Of a stretch of DNA of 64,000 nucleotides, positions 41,508 to 51,235 are shown in pieces. Under the pieces are notes generated by a model. That model was not told where the DNA came from. It ran no database searches and was given only the letters and a program-made list of their open reading frames with translations. Every line of letters starts with the position of its first letter. The first letter of the stretch is position 1. Position numbers and translations under genes: made by a program. The stretch spans positions 2,144,001-2,208,000 of the forward strand of contig CAXXVL010000002.1 of NCBI GenBank assembly GCA_963667845.2, written 5' to 3'. The DNA comes from Smithellaceae bacterium. Its GTDB lineage: Bacteria > Desulfobacterota > Syntrophia > Syntrophales > Smithellaceae.

Positions 41508-44500
41508 ATGAAGAAACGCATCCTCATCAAAGTCATTCCGATCACCGTCTTTGTGCTGGCAGTGTTCTTTGCGGCTGCGTGGGCATTTCTGTCCTACCAG
41601 GTGTCGCGTCTCGATGCATTCAAGGAAGACATCACGACCGCCTTGAGCAAGGCACTGGATCGAGACGTGACCTATGAACAGGGCAGGGCCGCCCTGACGC
41701 TCCGCGACGGGCTGTCGATCCGGTTGACCCATCTGGTGATTCGCGAGAAAGACCGCCAGGCAGACTTGCTTAATGTCCGAACCGCTTTTTTCCGGGTGGA
41801 TCTTTTTCCTCTGCTGATCGATCGCGTGACCTTCGGGGAAGTCTTTCTCGATCAGCCCCGTCTGCTTCTGAAGCGGGACAAGACCGGTGCCCTGAACATC
41901 GCCGATCTGCTGTCTCAACAAAAGAAACCGGAACTCCTGAAACTGCGGAAAGTAACCATTGAAGATGGGTCGCTGACCTTCATGGACCAAATGGTCGCCG
42001 CCGAGGGCCTGACGACTCTGTTGACGAATGTGCAATGCCGCATTGAGGCGCAGCATTTCAGCGACGCCTCGGGTTTCAAAATGACCGCCGTGCTTCAGGA
42101 AAATAAAAGTCAGGGAACGCTAACGCTTTCCGGAACCTTTCACCCGGCCTCTTCCGGCAAATCGCTGGAAGAGGGGAGGTGGGATACGACCATCCGGCTG
42201 ACCGGAATGGATATCGCTCATTACCGTTCCTACATGTACACACGGTTGCCCGCGTTGCAGGCGGCCGGACGCCTGAATATGGAAACAACGATTTCCGGAA
42301 CCGCAGCCTCGTTTACGGCAAAAGGGAATATTGCGATAAAAGACACCCGGCTCTCTTATCCGCAGGCATTCCGCAAGACGCTCAAGCCCGAAGTCCTTCA
42401 ATTGGATTACAATATGACACGTGGCAGCGGTCATTTGAACCTGAAGGTCGACCGTCTGGTGGTAGATCGTGTTGCCGTGGCGGGCCATTTCTCGATTACG
42501 GATATGGACAAGGAAGATCCCATTTTCGAAGCCGCCGCTGCAACCTCGACTTTTTCACTTGCCGCAATGCATTCCTATATTCCCTGGGAGATCATCCCGC
42601 CGGGGATCGGACGTTTTATCGAGTCTCATGTCACCGGGGGTGATTTCCGGCTGATCGAAGGGAGAATGAAAGGCAGGCTAAGCCAGATTACCCGCATGAT
42701 GCAGCCGGAAAACGCCGGTGTTCTTTCGATCCGGGCGGAGGTCGCAAACGGGATCTTTACGTTCGGTCCGAAAAGCGAGACGCCCGACTTTCGCGAGATC
42801 AGCGGCGCTCTGGAGTTGAGAAACAGGCAATTTTCGCTCAGGAAAATGACCGGCCGCTTCGGTGCATCACCCTGCCGGCTTGAAGGCGGCATCTCTGATT
42901 TCGCTCTGTCCACGCCGGCGGTTTACAATGCGCAGCTGACCATTGAGCCCGCCAGGCCGGAGGTTCTCTGGCTTCTGGGAAGAGAAAAATTCCACCGTCT
43001 CCAATTCGACGGGACTTCGACACTTCTTCTCTCCGCGAGAGGACCCGCCGACAGCTTCCGAATCAATGCCCAATGGGACCTGACCGGGGCTGCATATGCC
43101 TATCCGGATGTCGTGGAAAAACCTCGCTTGCAGCCCAACCGGTTGTCGGCGGAAATGCTGCTGACGAAAAAAGATTTCAATATTTCTTCCTTTATCGGCG
43201 AGCTGCCGGGCGTGACGCTCACGGGTTCGGCCGGCTATCGCTTCTCGGGCAAAGTCCTGTCGGCGCGTATCCGGTCCAACGAAATTGACCTTGGCCGGGC
43301 ATCGCGATTCCTGCCGGCCCTCGGCAAATACGATCCGGCCGGGACCTTAAAGATCGATCTTGCCGGCCGCAGCGATGTCCCGGAATCCGGCGCTTTTTTC
43401 CGTCAGGGCAGTATTTCGATAAGCGATGTTTCCCTGAAGCCTCCGGGGGCCGCCAAACGGGTCAGCGGTCTCACCGGCGCGGCCTCCTTCAAGGGCGACC
43501 GGATGGAAACATCGGCGATTAAAGGCCGCATCGGTGAAAGCGAAATCCAGATAAAATGCGGCATACGCGATTTCCGAAAACCGAAATTCTCGTGCCGATG
43601 CGATTCGCCGCAGTTGGACGCGGCGGATCTGGGTTTGTCAGGAGAGGACGGCGCGCCGGTTTTCCAGCAGGTCCGGGGACGGATCACACGCGAGGACAAC
43701 CGTCTGAGCGTGAACCGGTTGTCGATGCAACTGGGGAAATCCACGTTCCGGTTCTCCGGGGACATTCTGGATTTTGCGGGCCCCAAAATCGTCGGGGCCC
43801 TGACTTCGCCGTATATCCATGCGGATGACGCTCTGCGCCTGACCGGCCTGAAAAGTTCGAAACCGGGAGACGCCGCCTCGCCGCCGATGGAACTGGACCT
43901 CGCCCTGCAGGTGGAGAGCGGCGTATGCAAGGATGTCGATTTCCGGAAGCTCAAAGCCTCCCTGAAATGGAACCGGGGGATTCTGACAGTCGAAAATCTG
44001 GAAGCTCAGGTGTTGGGCGGCGGCCTTACGGGCAGCGGCCGGATGGAGACCCGCGAAGGATTGCCCAACCGTTTTACGGTTCGCTTTGCGCTTGACCGGG
44101 TATCGCTCGGGTCGCTTTCGGAAACTCTCAAGATCGGTGAACGCACAGTGACGGGAGATCTTTCGCTCACGGGCGATCTGGCGGCCGCTGGGGACAAAAT
44201 GGATGATCTCAAGAAAACTGCCGGCGGCACTTTACGGATCAGAGCGGAAAAGGGTGTTCTCAAAAAGTTTTCCGTGTTGTCCAAAATATTTTCGCTTCTC
44301 AATGTCTCTCAGCTCGTCAGGCTTAGCCTGCCGGATATGGCCAGGGACGGCATGCCCTATAAAACGATCACCGCCAACGTTTCTCTCAAAGAAGGGGTTT
44401 TATCTTCGAACGACTTTCTTATTGACAGCGAGGCGATGAAGATGTCCGGTGCCGGGAGCATCGATCTCATCAGGGAGAAGCTCGATTTCATTGTCGGCGC

Positions 44501-44744
44501 ACATCCTCTGCAAACCCTCGATCGGATCGCTGCGAGAATTCCCATTGCGGGGTGGCTGCTCACCGACGAGGGGGGCAACCTGATCACCGTTCATTTCAAA
44601 GCCACGGGAAGCTGGGATGACCCCGATGTACGGCCCATACCGGTAAGGTCGCTGGCCAAGGGAACCTTCGATACCTTCCGGCGCCTCTTTCAACTGCCGG
44701 AAAAGCTCATCACAGATACCGGGGACGTCATCCTGGGACGCTGA
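41508..44744 (+). CDS. AsmA/YhdP-like envelope bridge protein
   Basis: 1078 aa with N-terminal TM anchor, beta-rich body and C-terminal AsmA-like motif (GSIDL...RIPIAGWLL...GSWDDP). Confidence 0.8.
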   Translation: MKKRILIKVIPITVFVLAVFFAAAWAFLSYQVSRLDAFKEDITTALSKALDRDVTYEQGRAALTLRDGLSIRLTHLVIREKDRQADLLNVRTAFFRVDLFPLLIDRVTFGEVFLDQPRLLLKRDKTGALNIADLLSQQKKPELLKLRKVTIEDGSLTFMDQMVAAEGLTTLLTNVQCRIEAQHFSDASGFKMTAVLQENKSQGTLTLSGTFHPASSGKSLEEGRWDTTIRLTGMDIAHYRSYMYTRLPALQAAGRLNMETTISGTAASFTAKGNIAIKDTRLSYPQAFRKTLKPEVLQLDYNMTRGSGHLNLKVDRLVVDRVAVAGHFSITDMDKEDPIFEAAAATSTFSLAAMHSYIPWEIIPPGIGRFIESHVTGGDFRLIEGRMKGRLSQITRMMQPENAGVLSIRAEVANGIFTFGPKSETPDFREISGALELRNRQFSLRKMTGRFGASPCRLEGGISDFALSTPAVYNAQLTIEPARPEVLWLLGREKFHRLQFDGTSTLLLSARGPADSFRINAQWDLTGAAYAYPDVVEKPRLQPNRLSAEMLLTKKDFNISSFIGELPGVTLTGSAGYRFSGKVLSARIRSNEIDLGRASRFLPALGKYDPAGTLKIDLAGRSDVPESGAFFRQGSISISDVSLKPPGAAKRVSGLTGAASFKGDRMETSAIKGRIGESEIQIKCGIRDFRKPKFSCRCDSPQLDAADLGLSGEDGAPVFQQVRGRITREDNRLSVNRLSMQLGKSTFRFSGDILDFAGPKIVGALTSPYIHADDALRLTGLKSSKPGDAASPPMELDLALQVESGVCKDVDFRKLKASLKWNRGILTVENLEAQVLGGGLTGSGRMETREGLPNRFTVRFALDRVSLGSLSETLKIGERTVTGDLSLTGDLAAAGDKMDDLKKTAGGTLRIRAEKGVLKKFSVLSKIFSLLNVSQLVRLSLPDMARDGMPYKTITANVSLKEGVLSSNDFLIDSEAMKMSGAGSIDLIREKLDFIVGAHPLQTLDRIAARIPIAGWLLTDEGGNLITVHFKATGSWDDPDVRPIPVRSLAKGTFDTFRRLFQLPEKLITDTGDVILGR

Positions 44745-44911
44745 CTCTATGTGAGCGGTGCCCGCGGGCACCGCCGGGGCAGTGCCTCTGGGGTTCTTGT
44801 GTTTTCTTCGCAATGCTTCTTCCAAAAGCGCAATCCGGCGGTTCATTTCGCTGTCGTCCGGACAAAGCCTGCTTCCGATGTCTGTGCTCGGCATGGTCAA
44901 GCCTCATGAAC

Positions 44912-45079
44912 TCAGCAACCGCCGGGTCCGCAGGCGGTTCCCGGCGCCACGAAGATTGTCCATAATGAGAAAACAATGATGAACAGAGCAGAGGGAATGG
45001 CTATAAACGCAAAAAATTTAGCGATAATGTCGGTTACGTCTTCGTCTTCTTTGATTTCACGGAGCATACTTTTATTCAT
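44912..45079 (-). CDS. Small membrane protein (55 aa; below ORF track cutoff)
   Basis: MNKSMLREIKEDEDVTDIIAKFFAFIAIPSALFIIVFSLWTIFVAPGTACGPGGC; one TM helix; AAGGA upstream. Confidence 0.45.
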   Translation of the reverse strand: MNKSMLREIKEDEDVTDIIAKFFAFIAIPSALFIIVFSLWTIFVAPGTACGPGGC

Positions 45080-45124
45080 GCCGCACATCCTTGTTTTGGA
45101 TTCCCATTTTGTTTTTTTGCTGCG

Positions 45125-45538
45125 TTATTTATTCAACGTCAATTCCGCATAATACTCGTTGTCCTCCGCCGTGTGCTTAACCGGTTCAGCTCCTTGGGAC
45201 GGATAAATAAATTGACATTTGCTGCCTTGTTGATTGTAAAAATAGGGCGTCTTTCCCTCTTCATAAATGACCACTGCCGGATTTCCGTGATATCTGTATA
45301 ACCGTTTCCCTTCCAGCCGGGCAGTCTCCGGCCTGAAAGATTCCTCCAATGCCTGTCTGTAAGCATCGGAGGATATCTGCCCGTCAATAGGGGCCGCTGA
45401 AGATTGCAGATAAAGATAAGACATGGCGCCGAGAAATACGGAAATTAAGAGCAATGATGACATGATGGTCATATTGAGGTTTCGTATTTGCAGCCCAACG
45501 ATCAGTTTCTCGAATTTTATTTTGGTCGTCTTTATCAT
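45125..45538 (-). CDS. Hypothetical membrane-anchored protein
   Basis: 137-aa ORF with one TM segment, co-oriented with neighbours. Confidence 0.55.
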   Translation of the reverse strand: MIKTTKIKFEKLIVGLQIRNLNMTIMSSLLLISVFLGAMSYLYLQSSAAPIDGQISSDAYRQALEESFRPETARLEGKRLYRYHGNPAVVIYEEGKTPYFYNQQGSKCQFIYPSQGAEPVKHTAEDNEYYAELTLNK

Positions 45539-45786
45539 GAACTGCTTTCTCGCTTACACAAATATCAAGGTCGCTTCCGCAGGTGCAACGCAATAACTTG
45601 TCAGTTTGTCGGTTCAATCGCACAGGGCCCGGGCGATATGAAAATATCCCTTTGGGGCCTGAAACCCGGTGCTTCTGTGATGCGACGAACTCAAAAGGAA
45701 TACGCACGCTCTTTGCGCAGAGCTTTGGGCAGCCATTTCATGGACAGCCGGCTGTTTTCTCGCAAAGCCGATTGCGAATCCACCAT

Positions 45787-45936
45787 TCAGACGACTCTCC
45801 GCCCCTGAATGACTCTGACCAACACGATGATAATGGCGACGACCAGCAGAACGTGAATAAAATTACCCAGTGTATAGCCGGTTACCAGTCCCAGGGCCCA
45901 CAAAATTAACAGCACAACAGCAATAGTCCACAACAT
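45787..45936 (-). CDS. lmo0937-family small membrane protein (49 aa)
   Basis: MLWTIAVVLLILWALGLVTGYTLGNFIHVLLVVAIIIVLVRVIQGRRVV; GAGGAG RBS. Confidence 0.88.
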   Translation of the reverse strand: MLWTIAVVLLILWALGLVTGYTLGNFIHVLLVVAIIIVLVRVIQGRRVV

Positions 45937-46121
45937 GGGTTTCTCCTCTTTGATGATTTGTTCTCATTGCCTTCCCGCTCGCACTGCGCAGGAAGACAAT
46001 GAGCGGTTAATTGGTCTCATGCTACCCGGACGGTCATCTTGGTCTCTTAATTCTCCACACCACTTTAGTCGCAATGTTTTATGCCTTGCGGAGTCCTGTT
46101 GTTAACGGATGCCGGGGCAAG

Positions 46122-46229
46122 TCAGCGCAGCAGCGCGAAAATGCCGATGGTAATGAGATAAATGGTGGCGATGTAACTCAACATCGGGACCTGGTCTCTC
46201 GAGCAGGGTTGCATGATGTTCACTTTCAT
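46122..46229 (-). CDS. Truncated DUF3096-like small protein (35 aa, possibly a pseudogene)
   Basis: MKVNIMQPCSRDQVPMLSYIATIYLITIGIFALLR; C-terminal half matches 51777-51911; AAGGAG RBS. Confidence 0.55.
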   Translation of the reverse strand: MKVNIMQPCSRDQVPMLSYIATIYLITIGIFALLR

Positions 46230-46245
46230 GGTGCTTCTCCTTCGT

Positions 46246-46569
46246 TTATTTCACGATCAGATTGTTCTTGATGGATTTGACCCCTTTGACGCTCTTGACG
46301 ATTTCATCCGCTTTATCGACGGCCTTCCGGGAATTAACAAAGCCGCTCAGCTGAACCGTGCCCTGATAAGTTTCAACACTGATCTGAAACGACTTAAGCA
46401 GATCGTCTGCTGCCAGCAGGGATTTTATTTTGGTTGTGATGACCGAATCGTCAACGTATTCCCCCGTGCTTTCCCGTGTGGGTGTCGCTGCGCAGGCCGC
46501 CAGGGTCGCGATCACTGCCAGAAGCAATAAAATGCTTAAAAACTGTCTAACGATAGGTTTCTTTTTCAT
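46246..46569 (-). CDS. BON-domain lipoprotein (OsmY-like)
   Basis: Lipobox LAAC; ESTGEYVDDSVITTKIK and ISVETYQGTVQLSGFV. Confidence 0.92.
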   Translation of the reverse strand: MKKKPIVRQFLSILLLLAVIATLAACAATPTRESTGEYVDDSVITTKIKSLLAADDLLKSFQISVETYQGTVQLSGFVNSRKAVDKADEIVKSVKGVKSIKNNLIVK

Positions 46570-46574
46570 GGCGG

Positions 46575-46871
46575 TTACTCCTCTCTAATAAGTTTAACGG
46601 TGTAATGGTTCCTTTCATACGGCTCCCGGAGAAGGTTCATGGCCCCCCGGATAACACTGAAAGACTCCGACTTCAGATGGGTCATAAGATCTTCCTGGGT
46701 ATCCCATTCTTCAAGAAGAAAGAGCCGATTTTCATCGTCGATGCTCTGGCAGCAATCGCAGCGTCTGCATCCCTTCTCCTTCCTGATCGAACCGGTGAGT
46801 GAGGCAATCGTCTGTGACAACTCCATTCGTTTCTCAGAGACAACCTTCATTCGTGTGACGACAAGGATCAT
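46575..46871 (-). CDS. ABM-domain (putative quinol monooxygenase) protein
   Basis: IRKEKGC...LLEEW....L..HLKS pattern; start placed downstream of the sigma54 promoter. Confidence 0.8.
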   Translation of the reverse strand: MILVVTRMKVVSEKRMELSQTIASLTGSIRKEKGCRRCDCCQSIDDENRLFLLEEWDTQEDLMTHLKSESFSVIRGAMNLLREPYERNHYTVKLIREE

Positions 46872-46918
46872 AAAAAAACCTTTTTTCATGTAAGTAGGCT
46901 CACTCATAGTAATGTGAT

Positions 46919-46934
46919 AGCAAGGAGTCTGCCA
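46919..46934 (-). promoter_or_regulatory. Sigma54 promoter
   Basis: Minus strand TGGCAGACTCCTTGCT. Confidence 0.85.
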
Positions 46935-46989
46935 ACAGCCGCAGGCGAATTTTAATTTTGAATTAATTCATTAATAACATGAGGTTGGG

Positions 46990-49374
46990 TTAAAAAGAGA
47001 GACCTGCGGATTGGCTGCGAATAATCCTTTTGGCCTCAGCATTTGGCGGAGCCTCAATATTTTGAGGGACCCTTTTTGCGCGTGCCGATACTGTTTCAAT
47101 CAGATCACCGTTTAAATAATTATTGATATTTTGTTCCATTTGTTCCGGAAACGCAGGCACGGGCCCGGCCAGCGCTTTGCCGTATACGGCCAGCATGATT
47201 TTTCTGAACACGGGGAGCGCGACTCTGCCGCCTGTCTCTTTGTGTCCGAGGGAGCGATTGTCGTCAAAACCGATGCGCACGGCAATGGTGATTCCTTGAG
47301 GGCCGTAAGTGGAGCCCACGAAGAGCGCATCCCGGAAGTCATTGGTCGTTCCGGTCTTTCCCATCACGGGGATCGGAAAGCGGCCTGTGTCCAACGAATG
47401 GGCCGTCCCGGAAGGCATGCGGACAATACCGCGCAGGCCCTCTTGAATGAGGGCAAGCGAGGAGAGGCTGACGGCGACCGGCGGACCGCTGTGTTCTTTA
47501 TCGGTTAGCACCTCGCCGGAACTGCGCACGATCTTCCGGATGACATACGGTTTTGCGTAAATGCCCGAGGCCATAATACGATATGCATTGGCCAACTCGA
47601 GCAAATTCACTTCGGATGCACCCAGCGCCGTTGTGGCGTATGGCTGCAGCGGTGTCCGGATCCCCAGGCGCCGCGCCGTCCACATAACGTTTTCCATTCC
47701 GATCTGTTCGGCGATCCAAACCGCCACGGCGTTTCTGGATTGTGACAGGGCTTCCCGGAGGGGGATCATGCCTTTGAATTGGCCATCATAGTTGGCGATC
47801 CATTTTATCTTCCGGTCTCCTGTGTCGGGAACGCTGATGGGTTCGTCGGGAACCAGTGTATCCAGATTGAACATCCCCTGTTGAAAAGCAGCAAGGTAGA
47901 CAATCGGTTTCATTGCGGAACCCGGTTGCCGGAGAGATTGTGTCACGCGGTTGAAGTCGCTGTAAAGGCTGGGACGGTCCCGGTAGAGCTTGCGGCCGCC
48001 CGTTTCGGCGAGAATGCCGGCATCGTGGTTTCTCAGCACAACGACGGAACCCTGGATCAGTCCTTTGGCGGCCGGACGCCGCTTCTCGTAAAGGGCGAGG
48101 CCCTGCTCAAGGGCATCGTCGACAATTTGCTGCACCCGGGAGTCCACTGTCGAGTAAACCTGGATGCGGCCTTGCAGGAGGTCTTCCATACTGAGGTCGG
48201 CATGACAGTCCTTAATTTCTTCCAGAACATTTCCAACGACCGCAGGTCCCCGCGACGCCTTGTTCTTGCGCTTTCCGGATACCCGAATCGGGCGCTCTCT
48301 CGCGGCGGTCGCCTGATCTTTGGAAATAAAACCGCCGGCCGCCATCAGGGCCAGGATTTGATTTCTCCGGTGCAGGATTTTCCCGGTGTCTTTTGCATCG
48401 GGCGCGTAGTGGCGAGGCGACTTGGCGATGGAGGCGAGCAGGGCCGCCAGGTCCGCGTCATCCGCAGTGAAGGTAGCGAGAGGCCGGCCGAAATAGTATT
48501 CCGCCGCCGCCGCAAATCCGTACTGACCGTTTCCCAGGTAAATCAAACTGGCGTAGCGGGCCAGGATTTCTTCCTTGGCGCGGCGCTTCGAACCGAAATG
48601 CTTCTGCATTTCATTTTCGACCCACAAAGACAGTCTGATCTCCTCGATCTTCCTCACCAGCATGTTGATGCTTTGTGAGCCGATCAGGTAGGACAGCGCC
48701 CGGGGTAAGAGCCGGCCGTTCAGAAGTTCATCGCTGTTTTCCCGTGCCGTCATAGTCTGGAAAATGGTCAGGTCCTTGAGAAAATGACACCGTATGAGCT
48801 GTTGGGTGATGGTCGATCCGCCGTGCGGAAAGATCGCCTCGCTCTTCACCTCGTCTTCCCGGCTTAATGTTGTCATCCGGGCCGCCAGAGTCGCAAACCT
48901 GATCTTGCTGAGGACGCGGGGAATGACGGAATAGTCAACGCCGCCATGGGTGAAGAAATTCTTGTCCTCGGCGGCGAGGATTGCATCGCGAACGATGGGC
49001 GGGATGTCCGCATACATGGTGTTGAGCCGGTACTCCCGGGCGATCTCCATGAGCGGCTGATCGGAGGCATCGTAAACACGGCCGATGGTCGGAAACTCAA
49101 AGCGGGTCAATGGTTCCAGGGCAGGCAGGTTGGTTCGGTCAAAATAGATATGATAAAATCCCAGTGCAGCAAGCGTGGTGGTCACGATGGTCATGCAAAT
49201 CAGAACACAAATGAGGCCTCGCTTCCAGCTGAGTCCGCCCAGAACTTCGCGGATGCGCCCGATTTTGCGCGCCACCGACCGGGAACCCCCCGGATGGCCG
49301 ATCATGTCGCCGCGAGCGAATGGATGATCAGCACGGTCCAGTCGGGATTCCTTTTTTTTATTTTTCTGTAACAC
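46990..49374 (-). CDS. Class A penicillin-binding protein (transglycosylase/transpeptidase)
   Basis: AAEDKNFFTHGG, GGSTITQQL, RKIEE, SxxK (GSAMK), SRN and KTGT motifs; start uncertain. Confidence 0.92.
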   Translation of the reverse strand: MLQKNKKKESRLDRADHPFARGDMIGHPGGSRSVARKIGRIREVLGGLSWKRGLICVLICMTIVTTTLAALGFYHIYFDRTNLPALEPLTRFEFPTIGRVYDASDQPLMEIAREYRLNTMYADIPPIVRDAILAAEDKNFFTHGGVDYSVIPRVLSKIRFATLAARMTTLSREDEVKSEAIFPHGGSTITQQLIRCHFLKDLTIFQTMTARENSDELLNGRLLPRALSYLIGSQSINMLVRKIEEIRLSLWVENEMQKHFGSKRRAKEEILARYASLIYLGNGQYGFAAAAEYYFGRPLATFTADDADLAALLASIAKSPRHYAPDAKDTGKILHRRNQILALMAAGGFISKDQATAARERPIRVSGKRKNKASRGPAVVGNVLEEIKDCHADLSMEDLLQGRIQVYSTVDSRVQQIVDDALEQGLALYEKRRPAAKGLIQGSVVVLRNHDAGILAETGGRKLYRDRPSLYSDFNRVTQSLRQPGSAMKPIVYLAAFQQGMFNLDTLVPDEPISVPDTGDRKIKWIANYDGQFKGMIPLREALSQSRNAVAVWIAEQIGMENVMWTARRLGIRTPLQPYATTALGASEVNLLELANAYRIMASGIYAKPYVIRKIVRSSGEVLTDKEHSGPPVAVSLSSLALIQEGLRGIVRMPSGTAHSLDTGRFPIPVMGKTGTTNDFRDALFVGSTYGPQGITIAVRIGFDDNRSLGHKETGGRVALPVFRKIMLAVYGKALAGPVPAFPEQMEQNINNYLNGDLIETVSARAKRVPQNIEAPPNAEAKRIIRSQSAGLSF
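47034..47067. promoter_or_regulatory. Conserved tandem enhancer-like motif, copy 1 (inside the PBP gene 3' end)
   Basis: CCTCAGCATTTGGCGG-AG-CCTCAATATTTTGAGG. Confidence 0.75.
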
Positions 49375-49693
49375 CGGCTTCGGCCTGTTTCTTCTCGCCC
49401 TGGGCCAAAATTTCTTTCGTCTTCCGGCGAGCCTCCGAGAAATGCCGATCGGCGTCCTTCTTCAGCTCCGTCGCCTGATGTCCGGCTTCCTCAGCGATCT
49501 GCTTTGCTTTCGAACTGGCGTCGGCATACCTTTCCTTTGCATCGTTTAAAACCGCGTTCCCTTTTTCCTTGATATCAGACCGCAGTTCTTTCCCGGATTT
49601 CGGCGCGAATAAAATGCCTGCCAATACGCCCAAAACCCCGCCGATCAATAATCCGGCGAATAAATGACTATGGGGTGTTTCGTGTTCGGTCAT
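49358..49693 (-). CDS. YtxH-domain protein
   Basis: GLLIGGVLGVLAGILFAPKSGKELR followed by a coiled-coil-like region. Confidence 0.9.
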   Translation of the reverse strand: MTEHETPHSHLFAGLLIGGVLGVLAGILFAPKSGKELRSDIKEKGNAVLNDAKERYADASSKAKQIAEEAGHQATELKKDADRHFSEARRKTKEILAQGEKKQAEAGVTEK

Positions 49694-49758
49694 ACTAAAT
49701 TCTCCCTTCTTTTCGTTAATAGTATTGTTCAAAAGATGCGCAAACCAATTTTCTTTTT

Positions 49759-50100
49759 TTAGTTGTCCGGTTTCGTGCAGGATTTCAACTTGCCGTCGAT
49801 GAAAAATGAAATTAATCCATTTTGCTGGCATTTAACCATGCCGATGCTGGTCGATTTGGCGAGCACGCAGGATTCCAGGCTGTCGTTATTGTAAAAATTA
49901 ATGGCTGTGTTGCTTTTACATTGGATGCCGTTCACATCGTAATCACTTTTGAGTTGGCAAGTTTGCAGAGATCCATTGTTATAAAGCAAAATTTTTGTGC
50001 CGGAATGACAAATGGATTGGTCGGCGGCGAAGACAGTAAAACCGGCTGCTAAAAATGTCAGGAGCAAACCCTCGAAAAGCAAAATTTTCAAAACGTTCAT
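49759..50100 (-). CDS. Secreted small protein with three Cys-containing repeats
   Basis: Signal peptide; repeats C.....I.[LF][YF].[ND][GD].L..C; GGAGG RBS. Confidence 0.7.
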   Translation of the reverse strand: MNVLKILLFEGLLLTFLAAGFTVFAADQSICHSGTKILLYNNGSLQTCQLKSDYDVNGIQCKSNTAINFYNNDSLESCVLAKSTSIGMVKCQQNGLISFFIDGKLKSCTKPDN

Positions 50101-50171
50101 AAAGCAGGACCTCCTTTAGAAAGACCTCTCCTTTTTCGTACCCATGCCCGGCCGTCTCTCCAAGTCATCAT

Positions 50172-50187
50172 TGCAAGTGGCTTGCCA
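50172..50187 (-). promoter_or_regulatory. Sigma54 promoter
   Basis: Minus strand TGGCAAGCCACTTGCA. Confidence 0.85.
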
Positions 50188-50285
50188 TCGGCGGAAGAAA
50201 ATTATAATTTAATATTCTAAGTGTAATAACAGCGAGTTAGTCTAAGAGGGCTAAACGTCATAGAAGCAAGAAAACGTTTGCTTGA

Positions 50286-50319
50286 CCTCCATATTTGGCG
50301 GAGCCACAGCATGTTGAGG
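50286..50319. promoter_or_regulatory. Conserved tandem enhancer-like motif, copy 2
   Basis: CCTCCATATTTGGCGG-AG-CCACAGCATGTTGAGG. Confidence 0.75.
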
Positions 50320-50443
50320 GACGCCCGGTCAAGATGGTTGAGCGGACGCGGTCGGCATCAAAGCTTTGGTACATGAATGAATACTGAAGGACGTTCTTCT
50401 AGGGCGGGAGCGCGGGAGCCCTAACTGCCTGCCCTGAAGAGCT

Positions 50444-50794
50444 TCAACGATATTCCTTTAATTTTTCTCGGAAGTACTTTTCTGACGTAATGGTTTTTCC
50501 ATCAGACAATCTGATCAGATACGGTTTGCCCGAGACAGAAGATTTTGATGCGATGAGCCTGATAAAATCATCAGCGGTTTTGACCACCAAAACGTTTTGA
50601 AGTTTCATTCGTAAATGCTTTGCAGCTTCCTGTCCGTTATACTCCGAGCCGTTTCTGATAAATTTGGCGTCCTTTAAATTCTCCACCGCTGATATTAAGA
50701 ACTCGATTTTATTTCTTTCAATATCATTTTGAGCGCTCACCGTTCCGATAAACAGCACCAGGACGATAAATGCCGCGACCATTATCTTTTTCAT
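50444..50794 (-). CDS. DUF5329-like secreted protein
   Basis: Signal peptide; FIRNGSEY...EAAKHLRMK and ASKSSVSGKPY. Confidence 0.8.
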   Translation of the reverse strand: MKKIMVAAFIVLVLFIGTVSAQNDIERNKIEFLISAVENLKDAKFIRNGSEYNGQEAAKHLRMKLQNVLVVKTADDFIRLIASKSSVSGKPYLIRLSDGKTITSEKYFREKLKEYR

Positions 50795-50900
50795 ACTTGC
50801 TTCCTTAAATTGAATCTGACAACTTACTCCTCAGAAGTGACGGGCCGATCCTAAGAGTGCAAATCCGCACACGTTCGGTTTTCCCCGGGAATCCGCTACT

Positions 50901-51188
50901 TCACCTCGGTTTCTGCTTCGACTGCCCCCCGGCATAAAACTCTTCTTCAGCGGGGGCAAGTTCGTGGAGCAATCGCTGAAACTCTCCCGCATGCCTGTTT
51001 TCCTGGTCCGCTATGTCCGTGAGCACTTCCACCGCAAGCCTGTTGTCGGTCGATGCGGCAAGCTGCATGTACAACTCGATGGTTTTGTGCTCTGAGGCCA
51101 CCATAAAACGAATTGCTCTGATAAGCTCGTCCTCTGTGAGTTTTCTTTCCCTGGCCGACCCGGAAAAGGCTGATCCTGAATCCGGCAT
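50901..51188 (-). CDS. Small ferritin-like (rubrerythrin/encapsulin-cargo type) protein
   Basis: ELIRAIRFMVASE...LYMQLA...VLTDIADQE.RHAGEF. Confidence 0.8.
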   Translation of the reverse strand: MPDSGSAFSGSARERKLTEDELIRAIRFMVASEHKTIELYMQLAASTDNRLAVEVLTDIADQENRHAGEFQRLLHELAPAEEEFYAGGQSKQKPR

Positions 51189-51235
51189 GCTGATCCCCCT
51201 TTATTTTCTCTTTTCGGGTGAGTGCCTGATGGCAA

